In this document: positions 27,769 to 53,104 of the stretch, piece after piece
How positions within the stretch are numbered: position 1 is the stretch's first letter
Layout: every line of letters starts with the position of its first letter
Assembly: GCF_009914755.1 (NCBI RefSeq)
Contig: NC_060936.1
Reading direction: 5' to 3' (one strand)
Length of the DNA: 64,000 nt
From: the human T2T-CHM13v2.0 reference genome, Homo sapiens
The notes under the pieces: model-generated
Told to the model about the DNA's origin: nothing
Database searches by the model: none
Seen by the model: the letters and a program-made list of their open reading frames with translations, nothing else
Position numbers and translations under genes: made by a program

Positions 27769-27955
27769 TTGTGATCTCAAACCTTAGCATGTGTAAGAAT
27801 CATTTGGAACGGTTGTTAAAACATAATTTGCTAGGCCCCACTCCTGGAGTTTCTAATTCATTTGTTTTGAGGTAGGGACTGATAATTTGCATTTCTAAAA
27901 ATTTCCCGTGTGATACAGATAATGCTGGTCCCGGGACCACACTTTGAGAACCACC
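27769..27955. mobile_element. MER5A (hAT-Charlie MITE)
   Basis: gtgatctcaaac...aatttgcatttcta...gggaccacactttgagaaccac. Confidence 0.85.
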
Positions 27956-28119
27956 CTTTTATATGGGCTCTTTAGACCAAAAAGTATCCTTAAGAATTTA
28001 CATAGTATACTTACTTACTTCTGGTGTAATATCTGGTCAATTGAAAACAAGCAATCTAAAATAATAAAAGATTGAGGGCATTAATTGAAATTAGGTAAAA
28101 AAAAAAACCACATAGTTAT

Positions 28120-28300
28120 GTTTTAAGTTTCATAATTTGCCAGCTGTGTAATGGATAACTTACTCAAACTCTTTGAACTTAGCTTTTCTTTTTTTACTGT
28201 TAGAATAATATCATGTTTTACTTTCATCAAAGGATTGCCCTGATGCTCAAAAGAGGCAGTGAATGGGAAAGTACTCAAAAACATTATGCAAATATAAATT
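28120..28300 (+). mobile_element. MIR-like SINE, degraded
   Basis: atttgccagctgtgt...ttactcaaactctttgaacttagctttt...aagtactcaaa. Confidence 0.45.
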
Positions 28301-29339
28301 ATAATCATCACTCTGTGGATTAGGATTATTTGATCTATAAAGCAGTTATAGCTCAGCCTTTTTACTCTGTGTCAAAGTTTTTTCTCAAATTGGTATCTTA
28401 TTCATAAGTAAAATAATTGGGCCCCCTAAAAGTTTTAAGAAGTAGCAAAATACCTTTCTCAAGAGGCAACAAGTGATGAATTACCTCACATAGCACATCA
28501 TTAACCTCCCTAAAATTCCTATTTACACCACATTCTTCCTCAATTCTCACTCACAGAGGAAGTTCCAATCATTCTGAATCATGTTAGAATATTCTATTAT
28601 CTCTACAGCAGTGGCCTCTCTCTGAAATTATCTTGCTGGTTTATTTATGTGTTTACCATTTATCTTTTCCATATGAGATTACAAACTCCTTGACAGCCAG
28701 ATCTGACTTTTTCGCCACTGCATCCCAGAACTGAGAATAATTATGGGCACAGAGCAGGAATGAAATGGCAGTTTAGTTTCTTAGTGATCATGTGAAGCCC
28801 TATAATAGCTCTTAAGTAGGATTTATCTGGGACTCACACGTTTGAATTAAGAGCTTAGAATGTACTGTGTCAATTTTTAAACACCAAAATCACATAAACA
28901 TTACTGGTTATTTTGAGAAGTTCAATAAAGAGGATATATTGATTAAAATGATTTGTAAATCACTAGGATTACAATTCATTCATTAAACAAAGTTATATAG
29001 TTAATACATGATGATATAAATAGTATGTAAGTTCTCAGGAAATTTTTATTCTCAGCTTCTCTCTTGGCAGAAAGCTGGCCTAGAAAATTTCAATTTAATT
29101 TGTTGAGTAAGTTTTCTGCAGAAGAATTTGTAATATTTTTTATTGTAAACATTAAAGAGTAAGTGCTAGAATATGGAATATGACTATAAAGTAAAATATA
29201 TTGCTTTTCTGCATAGTTACTTTTATGGACTCACCAACAATTTAAAAATGCTGCATTTAGGCAAATTTTTTTTGGAGTGATTCTTTTGGTATTAACTTCA
29301 AAGCCAATTCACATGCTACAAAACACAAACAAAAACAAA

Positions 29340-31297
29340 CAAAAAGCAGCCAGATTGGAAAGGAAGAAGTAAAACTATCTCTATTTGCAGAGAACATCAT
29401 CTTATATACAAAAAATCCTAAGGAATCCATATTAAAACTACAACAACTAATAAATGAATTTAACAAAGTTGCAGGATTTGAGATCAATATAAAAATATTG
29501 TTGCTGTACAATAGTAGTAAGCAATCCAAAATGAAATTAAGAAAGCAATTTCATTTATAAGAGCATTAAAATAAAAATACTTAAGAATAAAGTTAACAAA
29601 AGAAATGTAAGATTTGAGCCTTGAAAACTACAAATATTGCTGAAATAAATTTTAAAAGATCTTAATAAATGAAAGATATGTTCATGAATCAAAGACTTAC
29701 TATTGTTAAGAAGGCAAAATCCCAAAGTTGATATACAGATTTAATGCCATCTATATGAAAATCCTAGCTGCTTTTTTTGCAAAAATTAATGAAATGATCT
29801 TAAAATTTAGATGGAACTGTAAAGCACACAGAATAACTCAAACAATCTATAAAAAAAAGAAGAAATTTGAAGGACTCATACTTCCAATCAAATTTACTAT
29901 AAAGCTCTAAAGTAATGCAGACAGTGAGGTGTTAGGATAAGGATAGATATACAGATCAATGAAATGATAGTCCTGAAAAAAAAAACCTTATATTTATGGG
30001 CAATTGACTTTTCAATAAGGTTACAAACACAATTCAGTGGAGGAAAAATCGTTTCTTCAACAAATGGTGCTGAGACAACTGGTATACACATGCAAAAGGA
30101 TGAAAGTGTACCTCTTCCTCACACCATATATAAAAATTAATTCAAAAGAGATAACAGACCTAAATGTAAGAACTGAAATTATAAACCTTTTTGAGAAAAA
30201 CAGGAACAAATTTTCATGACTTTCAGTTAGACAATAATTTCTTAGGTACGACACTGAAAGCACAATAGACAAAATTTTAAAAAATAGGTAATTTGAACTT
30301 AATGAAAATTAAACCTTTTTTACTTCAAAAATGCATCAAGAGTGCAAAAAGCTAACCAACAGGCTTGGAGACAATATTGCCAAACACTTATATAATGAGG
30401 GACTTTTATCTAGAAAATATAAAGAATGCTTACAAGTCAATGACAAAAAGACAGATAACTCAATTTAAAAAAAATGGGTAAACACTTGAATAGATATTTC
30501 CCCAAAGAAGATATACAAATGGTCACTAAGCACATTAAGATAGTCACCATCATTAGCCATTAGAGAAATGCAAATTAAAACCATAGTAACATATTACTTC
30601 TTATCAACTAAGATAGCTATTATTAAAAGACAGATATAACACATGTCAGTGATAGAGTGTAGAACACTTATGCATCTCTGGTAGAAATAAAAATGGTACA
30701 ATGACATTGGAAAACCAGGTAGAACTTCCTATGAGTTATCTACTAATTCACTTCTTAGTATTTAGCCAGGAGAATTGGAAACATATTTTCACACACAAAA
30801 AATTGTACATTAACATTCATAGCAGTATTATTCCTATTTTGCAAAAAGTGGTAATATCCATCAGCTGATTAATGGATAAACAAAATATAATATATTCTGT
30901 ACTATAGAATATTATTTGGCAATAAAAAATAATAAATTACCGATACAAGCTACAACATAGATGAATCCAGAAAATATTGTGTTAAGTGAAAGAAGCCAGT
31001 CACAAAAGACTACATACTGTGAGGCACCATTTATACAAAGTCTCCAGGGTACCTAAATTCTTAGAGATGAAAAGTAGATTAGTGGCTTTCAGGATCTGGG
31101 GAAGGGGGCAGGAAGAACTGGGGAATGGGCAGTGGCTATTAAGGGAAAGGTTTTTTTTTTTTTGGTGATGAAATGTTTCAAAGTTAGTAGTGATGTTTAC
31201 ACAACTCTGTGGATACACTAAAAACCACTGAATTATACACTTTCAAAGATTGAAATTAAATGTGAATATCTCAATAAGCTATTATCTTTAAAAAAAC
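29340..31297 (+). mobile_element. L1MB-like 3' part (end of ORF2 plus 3'UTR)
   Basis: ORF2 remnants (IYRFNAI..KI..AFF, LTPYIKINSK); L1MB-type 3'UTR and tail. Confidence 0.85.
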
Positions 31298-31468
31298 AAC
31301 AAATGCTTATTTATCACTACACGGCATTTAATTTTGAATGCCTTATATATTTAAAATTAATTCTAAAAATTAATTCTAAAATAAAAATGTTTAGACCATT
31401 TTTAATGTAAAAATTGAAACCACAACACAGGATAAGAATATAGTGAAAAACATCATAAAAAATGAACT

Positions 31469-32957
31469 GAGGTCATTCATGTGGAAACTGAGGTCATGCT
31501 GAGCCAGGGCCTGGCCTGGGAACCCAGCGGCAGCCCCTCAGCTTCACCCACCACCTACTGACCATGGACCCCTGCAAAGTGAACGAGCTTCCGGCCTTCA
31601 TGAAAATATGTAAGCAGGATCCGAGCGTTCTGCGCATGAGAAAATGTGCTTCCTGAGGGAGTGGGTGGAAAGCATGCAGGGTAAAGTGCCATCTGCTACT
31701 CAGAAAGCTCAATCAGAAGAAAATATCAAGGAAGAAAAAACAGAGAGTAAGAAGGCTGAGGAGATTTAAAGACAGACAAACCATCAAGTGAGGAAAGTGA
31801 TCTAGGAACTGATAATGAAGGTGTGATTGAACCAGACACTGATGCCCCTCAAGAAATGGGAAATGAAAATGCAGAGATAGCAGAGGAGATGATGGATCAG
31901 GTAAATGATAAGAAAGTGGATGCCACTGAAGCCCTAACTGATGACGAACTGCAGAAAGCCATCGACCCATTCACAGTTTCCATCAAGCTGAATCCTCCCT
32001 TGGCCGTTCTGTATACCAAGAGGGCCAGTGTCTTTGTCAAATTACAGAAGCCAAATCCTGCCATTTGAGACTGTGACAGAGCCATTGAAATAAATCCTGA
32101 TTCAGTTCAGCCTTACAAGTCATGAGGGAAACCACACAGGCTTCTTAGGCCATTGGAATGAAGCAACCCATGATCTTGCTTGGCCTTGCCTTTAAATTGG
32201 ATTATAATGAAGATGCTAGAGCAATGCTGAAAGAAGTTCAACCTAGGATGCAGAAAATTGCAGAACATCAGAAAAAGTGTGAGAGAAAACATGAAGAGCG
32301 AGAGATCAAAGAAAGAACGGAAAGAGTTAAGAAGGCTCCAGAAGAGCATGAGAGAGCCCAAATAGAGGAAGAACCCAGAGGACAGTCAGGAGTTCAGTAT
32401 GGCTCTTTTCCTGGTGGCTTTCCTGGGGGAATGCCTGATAATTTTCATGGAGGAATGCTGGGAATGGGAGGGGCCATATCTGGAGTGGCAGGAATGCCTG
32501 GACTTAATGAAATTCTTAGTGATCCAGAGGTTCTTGCAGCCAAGCAGGATCCAAAAGTTATAGTGGCCTTCCAGCATGTAGTCCAGAACCCAGCAAACAT
32601 GTCAAAATACCAGAGCAACCCAAAGGTTATGAATCTTATCAGTAAATTATCAGCCAAATTTGGATGTCAAGCATAATAATGCCCTCCTGATAAATAAAGC
32701 CCTTGCTGAAGGAAAAGCAACCTAGATCACCTAGGATTCTTGGGATGGGTGTCACAATAATACGAACCAGTGTACTTCTGACCTTTTCATCAAGAGAACT
32801 GGGTCGCTTTGAAGATAATCACTACCCCTCAACCCCAAATGCAGCTGAAGCATTTTACAGTGGTTTGCCATTAGGGTATTCATTGAGATAATGTTTTCCT
32901 ACTAGGAATTACAAACTTTAAACATTTTTTAAACTTTAAAAATATTTAAAACAAACA
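31469..32957 (+). pseudogene. ST13P: ST13 (Hsc70-interacting protein, Hip) processed pseudogene
   Basis: Intronless copy with 5'UTR, ATG at 31564 (MDPCKVNEL...KQDPSVL), TPR region ([13 protein letters not shown]...[12 protein letters not shown]), GGMP repeats and STI1/DP C-terminus (SDPEVLAA...[10 protein letters not shown], stop 32674-32676). Frameshifts and in-frame stops are present. TSD AAAAAATGAACT (31457-31468 and 32958-32969). The pseudogene number cannot be assigned from sequence. Confidence 0.96.
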
Positions 32958-33511
32958 AAAAAATGAACTTAGAAAAATGTGTGTGGCATATATGCCAAAA
33001 AGGTAACAATAATATCTCAATAATAAAAGAGTTCATAAATTAATTAAAACCAAAGTCAAATTTTAATAATGAAGTAGGCAACAGGAATTTTTGAAAAATT
33101 TAGCCATGACAAATTAACACATAAAATAACCTCATTAATAGTCAAGTAACTGCAGAATTTAACAATATAATCAGCTTTAAAAAACAATTATAAGAGCCAG
33201 TGTAGGCAAGATAACTGGCTAGTTGTGTACACTGTTGGTAAGAAAATAAGTAGATGTTATATTTCTCTAAATTACTTAATAGTATTACATTTTTGCATGC
33301 TTTACTTAGAAGTATACTTCTAACAGTTTATCCTAAAGGAAATATCATGAGTGGATTAACTGATTTAGCAAGAAAAATATTTATCAGAACATTGCTTATA
33401 ATACTAAAAACGTTAGAACAATTTACATTTCCAAAATGGGGGATTTATTAGATCATGTGTGGCATATTGGCAAAATTGAACACCATTCAGTTATTCAATA
33501 AAGAGCTATTG

Positions 33512-38250
<4,739 letters not shown>

Positions 38251-38451
38251 TCTCTGCAATTGAACACTGATATGATTGGATTATTTTAATTTTTATCCTT
38301 TAGCTTATATACCTATATCACCCAAATTTTATATGACAACCATGTGTTACTATTATAATATGAAAGAACTACTTAGATAATAATAATTTCAAATAAATCT
38401 AAAGTTTAGAAAGGGATTTTTTAAAAGATTGCAATAATTTTTGGAACAGGT

Positions 38452-38761
38452 AGTCTTAGTCTGTTAGGGCTATTTATACCATAAAATGGATTAACTTATA
38501 AACCACATAAATTATTTCTCACAGTTCTGGAGGCTGAGAAGCTCGAGATAAAAGTGCCAGGAGATGAGTGGTGAGTATCCACTTCTTAGTTCACAGAGAG
38601 CAGTTTTCATCTTGTGTCTTCACATAGGAGAAGGGCCAGATATGCTCCCTTAGCCTTCTTTTATCAGACCAAATTACCTCCCACATCCTAATACTATCAT
38701 CTTTGAGGTTAGGATTTCAAAATATGAATTTTGGAGGGACACATACATTCAGACAATAGCA
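38452..38761 (-). mobile_element. MLT1A-like solo LTR
   Basis: gtcttagtctgttagggcta...tttctcacagttctggaggctgagaag...cattcagacaatagca. Confidence 0.8.
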
Positions 38762-38769
38762 AAAGTATT

Positions 38770-38990
38770 ATAGTTTAATAATTATGAGCTTGGGTCTGGA
38801 GTTAGTATAGGTTCAAACCCCAACCCTGCCACGTCTTCCAACATTTGAAGCAATAACTATGCCAAAAGTTCAGTATCTTCTATTAATTTAGAATCATAAC
38901 ACTTTATGGTATATGGATTAATGATGTAATATATGTAAAGCTCAGATTCCAATGCTTAATATTTTGCAGAAATTCAATAAATGGTGGTAA
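38770..38990 (+). mobile_element. MIR SINE
   Basis: tctggagttag...ggttcaaaccccaaccctgccac...aattcaataaatggtgg. Confidence 0.55.
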
Positions 38991-39668
38991 CCTCCCTTTA
39001 AACTTTCATAGAGTTCATATTTCTCTATTTTGATCCTGAGAACATTTGTGCATATCTTTCTTAAGTGCTTTGCTTTGAACTTCATTATACTAGATCAAAA
39101 TAAATATAGAAAAATGTAATCTCATTTAAATTAGATGCAAGGAACAATATAAAAATATTAAATGAAAATTGTTTCTCCATGTGAGCTTGTATTTCATTAT
39201 CATTCAAATTATTTAACAAAACAAATTTTTAAGGTTTAAGTGATTTTAGATTTTTTTCAGCTGGCTGATTGTTTCAAATTGAAACAATTGCCAGTCTGGT
39301 GTTCAAAATACAGTAACATATCAATGTCTGATAATTAAATTAAAGAGTCTGTGCTTCCTTGTATTCACATGCATAAATAGCACTTAGTAAACTTAATAGT
39401 AAATGAGGGAGTAATATAATTTTCCTATGAATTTAAAGCAAGAACATGCTTCTGAACTGTTTTCAAGTATCCAGAGTACATAGGGTAAATATTACTTTTA
39501 AGTGAACACCTTAATATTATGTACTTACACTTTCTGTGATACACACAGATAATTGAAAACTGTCAATGAACTCAGAGCACTTTGTCCAGTAAATCTAGTG
39601 GTTTCAGCTGATTTAGTTGTAGTCACTTTATTCTTTTGCTATGTTAAGTTGCCTAGAAAGAGGAATGT

Positions 39669-46099
<6,431 letters not shown>

Positions 46100-46564
46100 A
46101 GAAAGAGGAATGCAGTACGTGGCCACTGCTTAGAGAGAAAGAAAACCACCACTTTTGTATAAGCTAAAACTTATCACCTTGGTTTTGTTGACATAAATAT
46201 CAACCAAGCTGATCTGTTTTAAATGTGAATAAATCATGATATATCTGCTCGTTACTTTGTGTAATCCCTGTATATTTGAAAAAATTATGTTCATAAGGAT
46301 TATTCTTTGAGATGAATACTTCTGAGCTGTAGGTAACTATCCTGAGATTCCTTTCTGCTTTAGATAATGAGAATGAGATCAGGGATGCCTCCTTACTTCT
46401 TATTTTAAATAAGTGGTTGACATTCATTTGTTATATTGAGAATTTGTTAATACTTACAAGAATCATGTTTGCTATTCATTAATTAATTCAATATATATTT
46501 ATTGAGACCAAGTAGACAGTGTTCTAAATGCTGGAGATATAACATTGAACCAAATAGACAAAGA

Positions 46565-47190
46565 ATGTAAATAGTACAGTTACTTTGGAATGCAGTTTGG
46601 AAGTTCCTCAAATGTTTACCACAGTGTTATCATATTACCAGAAATTCCCCTCCTAGGTATCAACTCAAAAGAATGGAAAACGTGTTCACACAAAAGCCTG
46701 TACACGCTAATAATCACAGCATCATTATTCCTAGTGGCCAAAAAGTAGTGACATCTATTGATTGATGAATGGATAAACAAATATCGTATATCCTTACCCT
46801 AGAATATTATTCAGCAATAAAATTGAGTACATATTGATATATTTTACAATATGAACGAACTTTGTAAATGTTAAGTGAAAGGTGCCAGTGACAAAAGACC
46901 ACACATTGTATGATTTTATTCATGTGAAATATCCAGAATATGTAAATCTGTAGAGACAGAAAGTAGATGAGTGGCTTTCAGAGTCTTGCGGGAGAGCAAA
47001 CCAAGGAGATGAGGAGCAACCACTAATGGATTTGGGGCTTCCTTTATGGGGTGATGAAAGTTTTTAAAAATTATGTAAAGGTGATGTTTGCACAATGTGT
47101 GATTATACTTAAAATCCACCAACTTTATCTTTAAAAGGTTGAATGTTATGGTATGTGAATTACATCTTAATAAAGCTGATATATGAAAAA
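46565..47190 (+). mobile_element. L1MB/ME-type 3' end inserted in an L2 tail
   Basis: aatgtaaatagtacagttactttggaa...aataaagctga; flanks (attcattaattaattcaat; gctaagg...ctggggatac) are L2-like. Confidence 0.8.
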
Positions 47191-47939
47191 ATCCAAAAAA
47201 TTTAATTGAATATCCTTTTCGTGCTAAGGAAGGTCTCAGGAACTGGGGATACTGTAACTGTCAAAAAGTAGCAATCTTTGCTTTCACAGAGCTAACCATT
47301 TTTCAGTAAGTGTTTATTGAAACTGAAAGACTGCTCTATGTTTGAGCAAAAGCTTATCCAAGATGAAATTATTACTGGTTATTATAATTGGAGGACCATT
47401 ATATAGAAGTGGGAGGATCTTGCTTGTGTAATGTTATATAAAGAGTTTAAAATAAACAGGATAGGTTGGAGCATGACAAAAGAAGAGCACTTCATTTTGG
47501 ATGAAGCCTAAAATAATCTGGGAGCTTTTTGAAGTATGCTTTTCCATATTTTTACATCAGAATTTCATGGAAGATGGCTGTGACCTATGGAAAGTTTTGG
47601 GAATTAATTTAGCACTTAATGTCACTTCGTGCCTGTTCTCATATTGGAATATCAATGTACCTGCTGATGACATTTTCCAAAGTTTTTGTTTTGGGATAAA
47701 ATGACCTACAGTGATTTTCATAAAATATAACTTGTTTGTGGAAACAGACGTAAACATTAATGCTAAATTAGATGGAACATCTAAATGATTTAAACAGAGT
47801 AAGTTAACTTATTATAGCTATAATAAGTTATAGCAATAAATTAAATATCACATAACAAAGAAGACATAGACCTTATGAAGATGTTGAGGTTGATTTATGG
47901 TTCGCCCGTAAGTTATTTTCACTTCCAAATGTAGGGGTC

Positions 47940-48285
47940 TGCATTGGTTAGTTTTCTGTGTCAACTTGGCCAGCACGTAGTACCCAGTTATTAAATTACA
48001 CACAAATCTAGTATTGCTGTGAAGGTATTTTTGTATATGTGGTTAGGAAATTATCATCAGTAATTTGGAGCTAACTCATCCAATCAGTTGAAAGGCCAGA
48101 AGGGCAAAACAACTTTCTCTGAGGAATAATAAATTCTACCTATGGGATGAAACTTCAGCTTCTGCCCCAGAATTTCCAGCTTGCCAGCCTTCCCTACAGA
48201 TTTCAAACTAGCTAATCTCTACAATTCCATAAGCCAATTCCTTGAAATAAACATATTTATCATATCTATCTTTCTGCCTAGATCT
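47940..48285 (+). mobile_element. MLT2 (ERVL) LTR
   Basis: ggttagttttctgtgtcaacttggc...ttgctgtgaaggtattttt...agccaattccttgaaataaa. Confidence 0.82.
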
Positions 48286-48720
48286 ATTCTAATTCCAGGA
48301 GACCCAAAATGTTATTGTGTTCTACCAGTCAGAGTAGTGGCTTATGGAGGTCAAGTTAGGGGCTTATGGAGTCAGAGTAGGAGATTATGGGGGTCAGGTT
48401 ATCAATGGAATTTTAGCTCAAGCCTGTGTCCGTGTTGAGCAGGTCCACAGACCAATCCTGTGGTTGTTTCTCCAGTTCCACAATGTGTAATTGGGATAGA
48501 TGTACCCAGCAACTGGTAGACTCCCCATATTATTTCCCTGACCTCTGGGGTGAGGGTTATTGTGGTAAGAAAGGCCAAATGGAAACCTCTAGAACTGCTT
48601 CTACCTAATAGTAAACAAAAGACAATATTGCAATCCTGGAGGAATTGCAGAAATTTGTGTTACCATCAAGGACTTGAAAGATGCAGGGTTGGTGATTCCT
48701 ACCATAACCCCATTTACCTA
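48286..48720 (+). mobile_element. ERVL internal fragment (protease to RT junction)
   Basis: Across frames reads LIPGDPK..PVRVVAYGGQV, VRVIVVRKAKWKPLEL, PGGIAE and TIKDLKDAG, typical ERVL pro/pol; frameshifted. Confidence 0.8.
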
Positions 48721-48744
48721 TTTGTGCAGAAAAAAAATTGATCT

Positions 48745-48800
48745 TGTGTGTGTGTGTGTGTGTGTATAAATATATGTATATGTGTATGTGTGTGTTTATA
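48745..48800. repeat. (TG)n/(TA)n microsatellite
   Basis: Direct reading. Confidence 0.85.
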
Positions 48801-49588
48801 ATGTACATATGTTTATCATTAATGTATAGAATTAAAAATAGAGACACAGAGAGGTTATGCAGCTTGCCTGAGGTTACCCAACTGGGAATTGTGGGGCTGG
48901 AATAAAAAGATAGTTTATTGAGACTCTAAAACCTGTGAAGTTTACACTGCATGAACAGGAGTTTTGTCCTCTAAGAGTGATAGGTATCTGCAGCCGTTCC
49001 TTGGAAGTCTGCTCTTTTTCGGTGAGAAAGTCTAGGAGTCATTGTCAGTCTATTCAGGGAGTGACTGTTGCTTCATCATTACACTGATGCCCTTCCAAAT
49101 GTTCTAGAATTAAGGTTACCCTTCTGTCCCAAGTGGCTACTCTTAAGCTGTTAATAGAGTCAAAACTAGATTTTAATTCATATTTATATTCTTATTTGTT
49201 ATCAGGAGGAAGAAAGGTCCTTGTGCTTATAATGAAATTATACTGAGAAACCCAAGCAGGCTGTGACAAAGGAAATACTGCTTCCATGTCAGAAATAATA
49301 GGAAATGAATCTGATGCACATCAAGTTTTGACTTTTTAGGCAAAGACTCTGAGGTTGGGGCAAACTTGGTAATTTACAATAAGTAGTTACTGAATGTTAG
49401 GGCTTGACAAGATGCATTTATACATTACCTAGTTTTCTACTTTTTATTTAATCATTAAATAAAAATTTAGCCCACACAATAAATATATTAAAATTCATGC
49501 ATTTATTTATACTATTTTGGAGTCCCCCAGAAGAACAGAGATTAGAATTTTGCCTAATGAAATGAGTTCAGATATATAAAAATAAGGA

Positions 49589-49634
<46 letters not shown>
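49589..49634. repeat. (TATC)11 tetranucleotide STR
   Basis: Perfect array. Confidence 0.97.
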
Positions 49635-52600
49635 ATTTACATGGAACATCCTAACAGCTGAGTCAGCAGTATACATTCCTGGTCATGCATCAGCGTTGCC
49701 TGCAGGGCTTTGTAAAATACCCATATCTGAATCATACCAAAGACCATGATTAAGAATCTCCCAAGGGAGTGCCCCAAAACTTGGATTTTCACAAAGTGAT
49801 AAAGGTGGCATCAATTCATGGCTGGGACTGAAAACTATAAAAGTTGGGAAAAAAGACTTTAAGATTGCATCAGTTAGTTGAGTCAATTGATTTTCTAGCC
49901 TGCTCACTCTTTAGGAGCCCAATCCCTCATCCTACACATACATTCCTAATCATTTTTTATTGGATTCACCTTTGTCTACACTTTTATTTTGGACTTGCTG
50001 TTTCACTTCATTCTCCTTCACTGATGGGAACATTTTCTTTAATTCTGGCTTCTTGCTATTTGTAAGGATTTTGTAAAGCTCTGGCATATATTTGTTCTGA
50101 TTTGGTTAATCTATTTTTTAAAACAAATATTTTTTATTTATATATGAGCATATAAATTTAATGGGTCAGACCAGATTATTTTCGTGAGTTAATTTGTTAG
50201 ATTCCTGGTTGGAAAGGAACAAACAGCATTTTTGAGAACAAATACAAATGGCTTATGTTCCATCAGCTGAGTCCTGGAAGAACATCAAAAATCAGTTGTG
50301 CAGAGCCACTAAATTGAAGAAGAGCACCCATTCTGAATGCTTTTATTTTAAACATGTATATAATTATTTTTGAATTGTATTTTTATTATGTGTAAATAAT
50401 GACATTTAGACATGAACAACATGTTTCCCATGCTTCTTTTTTTTTGCAATGGGAATGTTAGTAAATAGGAATGTCATTAAGACATAATCATGTTTATAGT
50501 TTTAGTCAGATTTGGCTAGCACTAGAAAACAAAATAGAATATAATTTTAAAAAATAACTGTAAATAAAATTCTCTTTTTGAGCTTATTTATCATTTGAAT
50601 TGAAATAAGATGTAGAGGAAAAAGAATTTTATGGTAAACTAGTCTGTGTTGCGTGACACTACTATTCTTCAGGTGGGTTTCTCATGTCCTCTGGAGGAGT
50701 GGTATGATTTTTTAGGAAAACCTTGAAATGTTAGGCTATAATCACTTATAACCTAAAATTTTAAGATGGCCAATCTTGGCCTAGCCAGAAAAAAACTTGT
50801 GCTCATGAAGATATTAAACAAAATGGTAAATTTCTTTAAATTTTTTGCAATGATTATTTATATGATACTATATTCTTAATTTCAATAAAATATACTAGAA
50901 AACATCAGATCCATTTGAAAAAGAACTGCTTGAGGATATTACTACTTTTAAATTCTACTGTATACATTTTCAGAAAACATTGTTAAAAGGGTAAGCATGG
51001 AAAATAGCTTGATAACATTATTGAGATCCAATAGTTTAGCAAAGTTTATTGATCACCTAGATCCTAAAGGTAATATGTTTCTAAGTAAGTTATGAATGGA
51101 ATTAAAATAACTATTTTCATTTGTAGCTCATGGAGTCTGTCTTTTAGTTTGTTAAACTTTTTTTTTGTATGAAACAGTTAAAAAACACAATTCGGGAGGG
51201 ACAACCTAAAAGATAGCAGAGTAGGGAGCTCTCTCTACTGAAACAAACATTAAGATGAAAAATAGCTAACTGAAACAACTTTTCAGAACGCTGGAATCTA
51301 ACAAAAACTAATCTAATAGGAAACTTGTAGGAACCAGAGAAGTGCCTAATGAAAGAAAACACTGCTAAATTTCAGCATTTAAGGAAATCTCTGTGAAGTC
51401 ACTGGCTGAATGCTGTGGTAACGGAACAGAGATTTCAGTGACTACACACAGCAAGGAATAAATTTTTGAAAAAATAGCTTTAAGAAGTCACTAAACAATT
51501 GGATAACAGCAGCCCTCAACAGGCAACAACAATAAAGTTTGGGGAGGGAGAATATGATTTCCAGATTTTCCATGTTATAATTTTCAAAGTTTTGATTTTT
51601 CAGCAAAAAACTAAAAGGCATACAGAGAAACAAGAAAGTATGCCCCTCACAGGAAAAAAATGTTGATTGACAGAAGCTATCACTGAGAAAACCCAGACAT
51701 TGGACTTACTAAACAAAAACTTTAAATCAACTGTATGCTCAAAGAGCTAAAAGAAACTATGGACAATGACTAAAGGAAACCATAAGAATTATGTCTCATC
51801 AAATATGGAATATTAATAAAGACATAGAAGTTATTAAAAAGGAAACAAATAGAAATTCTGGAGCTAAACAGTAAAGTAGCTAAAATGAAAGATTCACTAG
51901 AGGAGATAAGCAGCATATTTGAGCAGGCAGAAGAAAGAATCAATAAACTCCAAGAAAGGACAATTGAACTTATCCACTCTGAGGAGCAGAAAGGAAAAAT
52001 AATGAATTAAAATTAATAAAGCCTAAGGAATCTTTTGGGCACTCTCAAGTGTAACGTAACATTCTGGGATTCTCAGAAGTTGAAGAAAGAGATAAAGAAG
52101 AAGAAAGAATATATAAAGAAATTATGGTTGAAAACTATAAATTTGATGAAAGTCTGAATTTACAAATCCAAGAATCTTAATGAACTCTAAGTAGAATCAA
52201 CTCAAATATAGTCATATTGAGACACATTATAATCAATCTTTGAAGCAGCGAAGTGAAGTGACTCATCACCTACAAGTGATTCTCAGTTAAGATTAATATT
52301 TGTTCTCCTATTTGAAATTATAGAGGCCGGAAGACAGTGGGGCCACATATTTAAGGTGTTGAAAGAAAAAAGACTCTCAATCAATCATTTTATATTTGAC
52401 AAAACTGTTCTTCAAAAATGAAAGAGAAATTAATATATTCATGGATAGACAAAAGCTGAGAGAGTTTATTGCTATAGGCCCACCTACAAGAAATATTAAA
52501 GGATACCAGATAATAAATCAGAAGCATACACAGAGATAAATAACTAGTAACGATAACTACATACATAAATGTAAAACAGTGTTGTTTTGGTTTGTAACAA

Positions 52601-53104
52601 TTCTTTTATCATATATGATTTGAAACATAAATGTATAAAACAATGATTATGAATATTTAATACAGACACACAAGGCATACAAATGTAACTTTTGACTATA
52701 AAAGCATAAAGGGGGTGATGGAGCTAGATAGGAATAGAGTTTTTTTTAATGCTACTGAAGCTAGGTTGGTATCAATTTAAACTAGCTATAAGTTTGTGAT
52801 TTTAATTGTAATAGAGAAATTACTAAGAAAATTACCGAGACTATATAGAAAAGAAAATGATGAGGAATTAAAATGATTCACTGGAAATAATCAAACACAA
52901 AAAGAAAGCAGTCTTGGAGAATTTGAGAAACCTTAGAAAACACAAAGCATAATGGCAGAAGTAAGTCCTTAATTTTCACTTATCATGAATCACTTTGAAT
53001 GTAAATGGATTAAGCTTGCCAATTCAAGGCAGATTTTAGCAGAATAGATTTTAAAAAACATAACCTAGCTATATGCTGTCTACAAGATATTCATGTTAAA
53101 TCCT

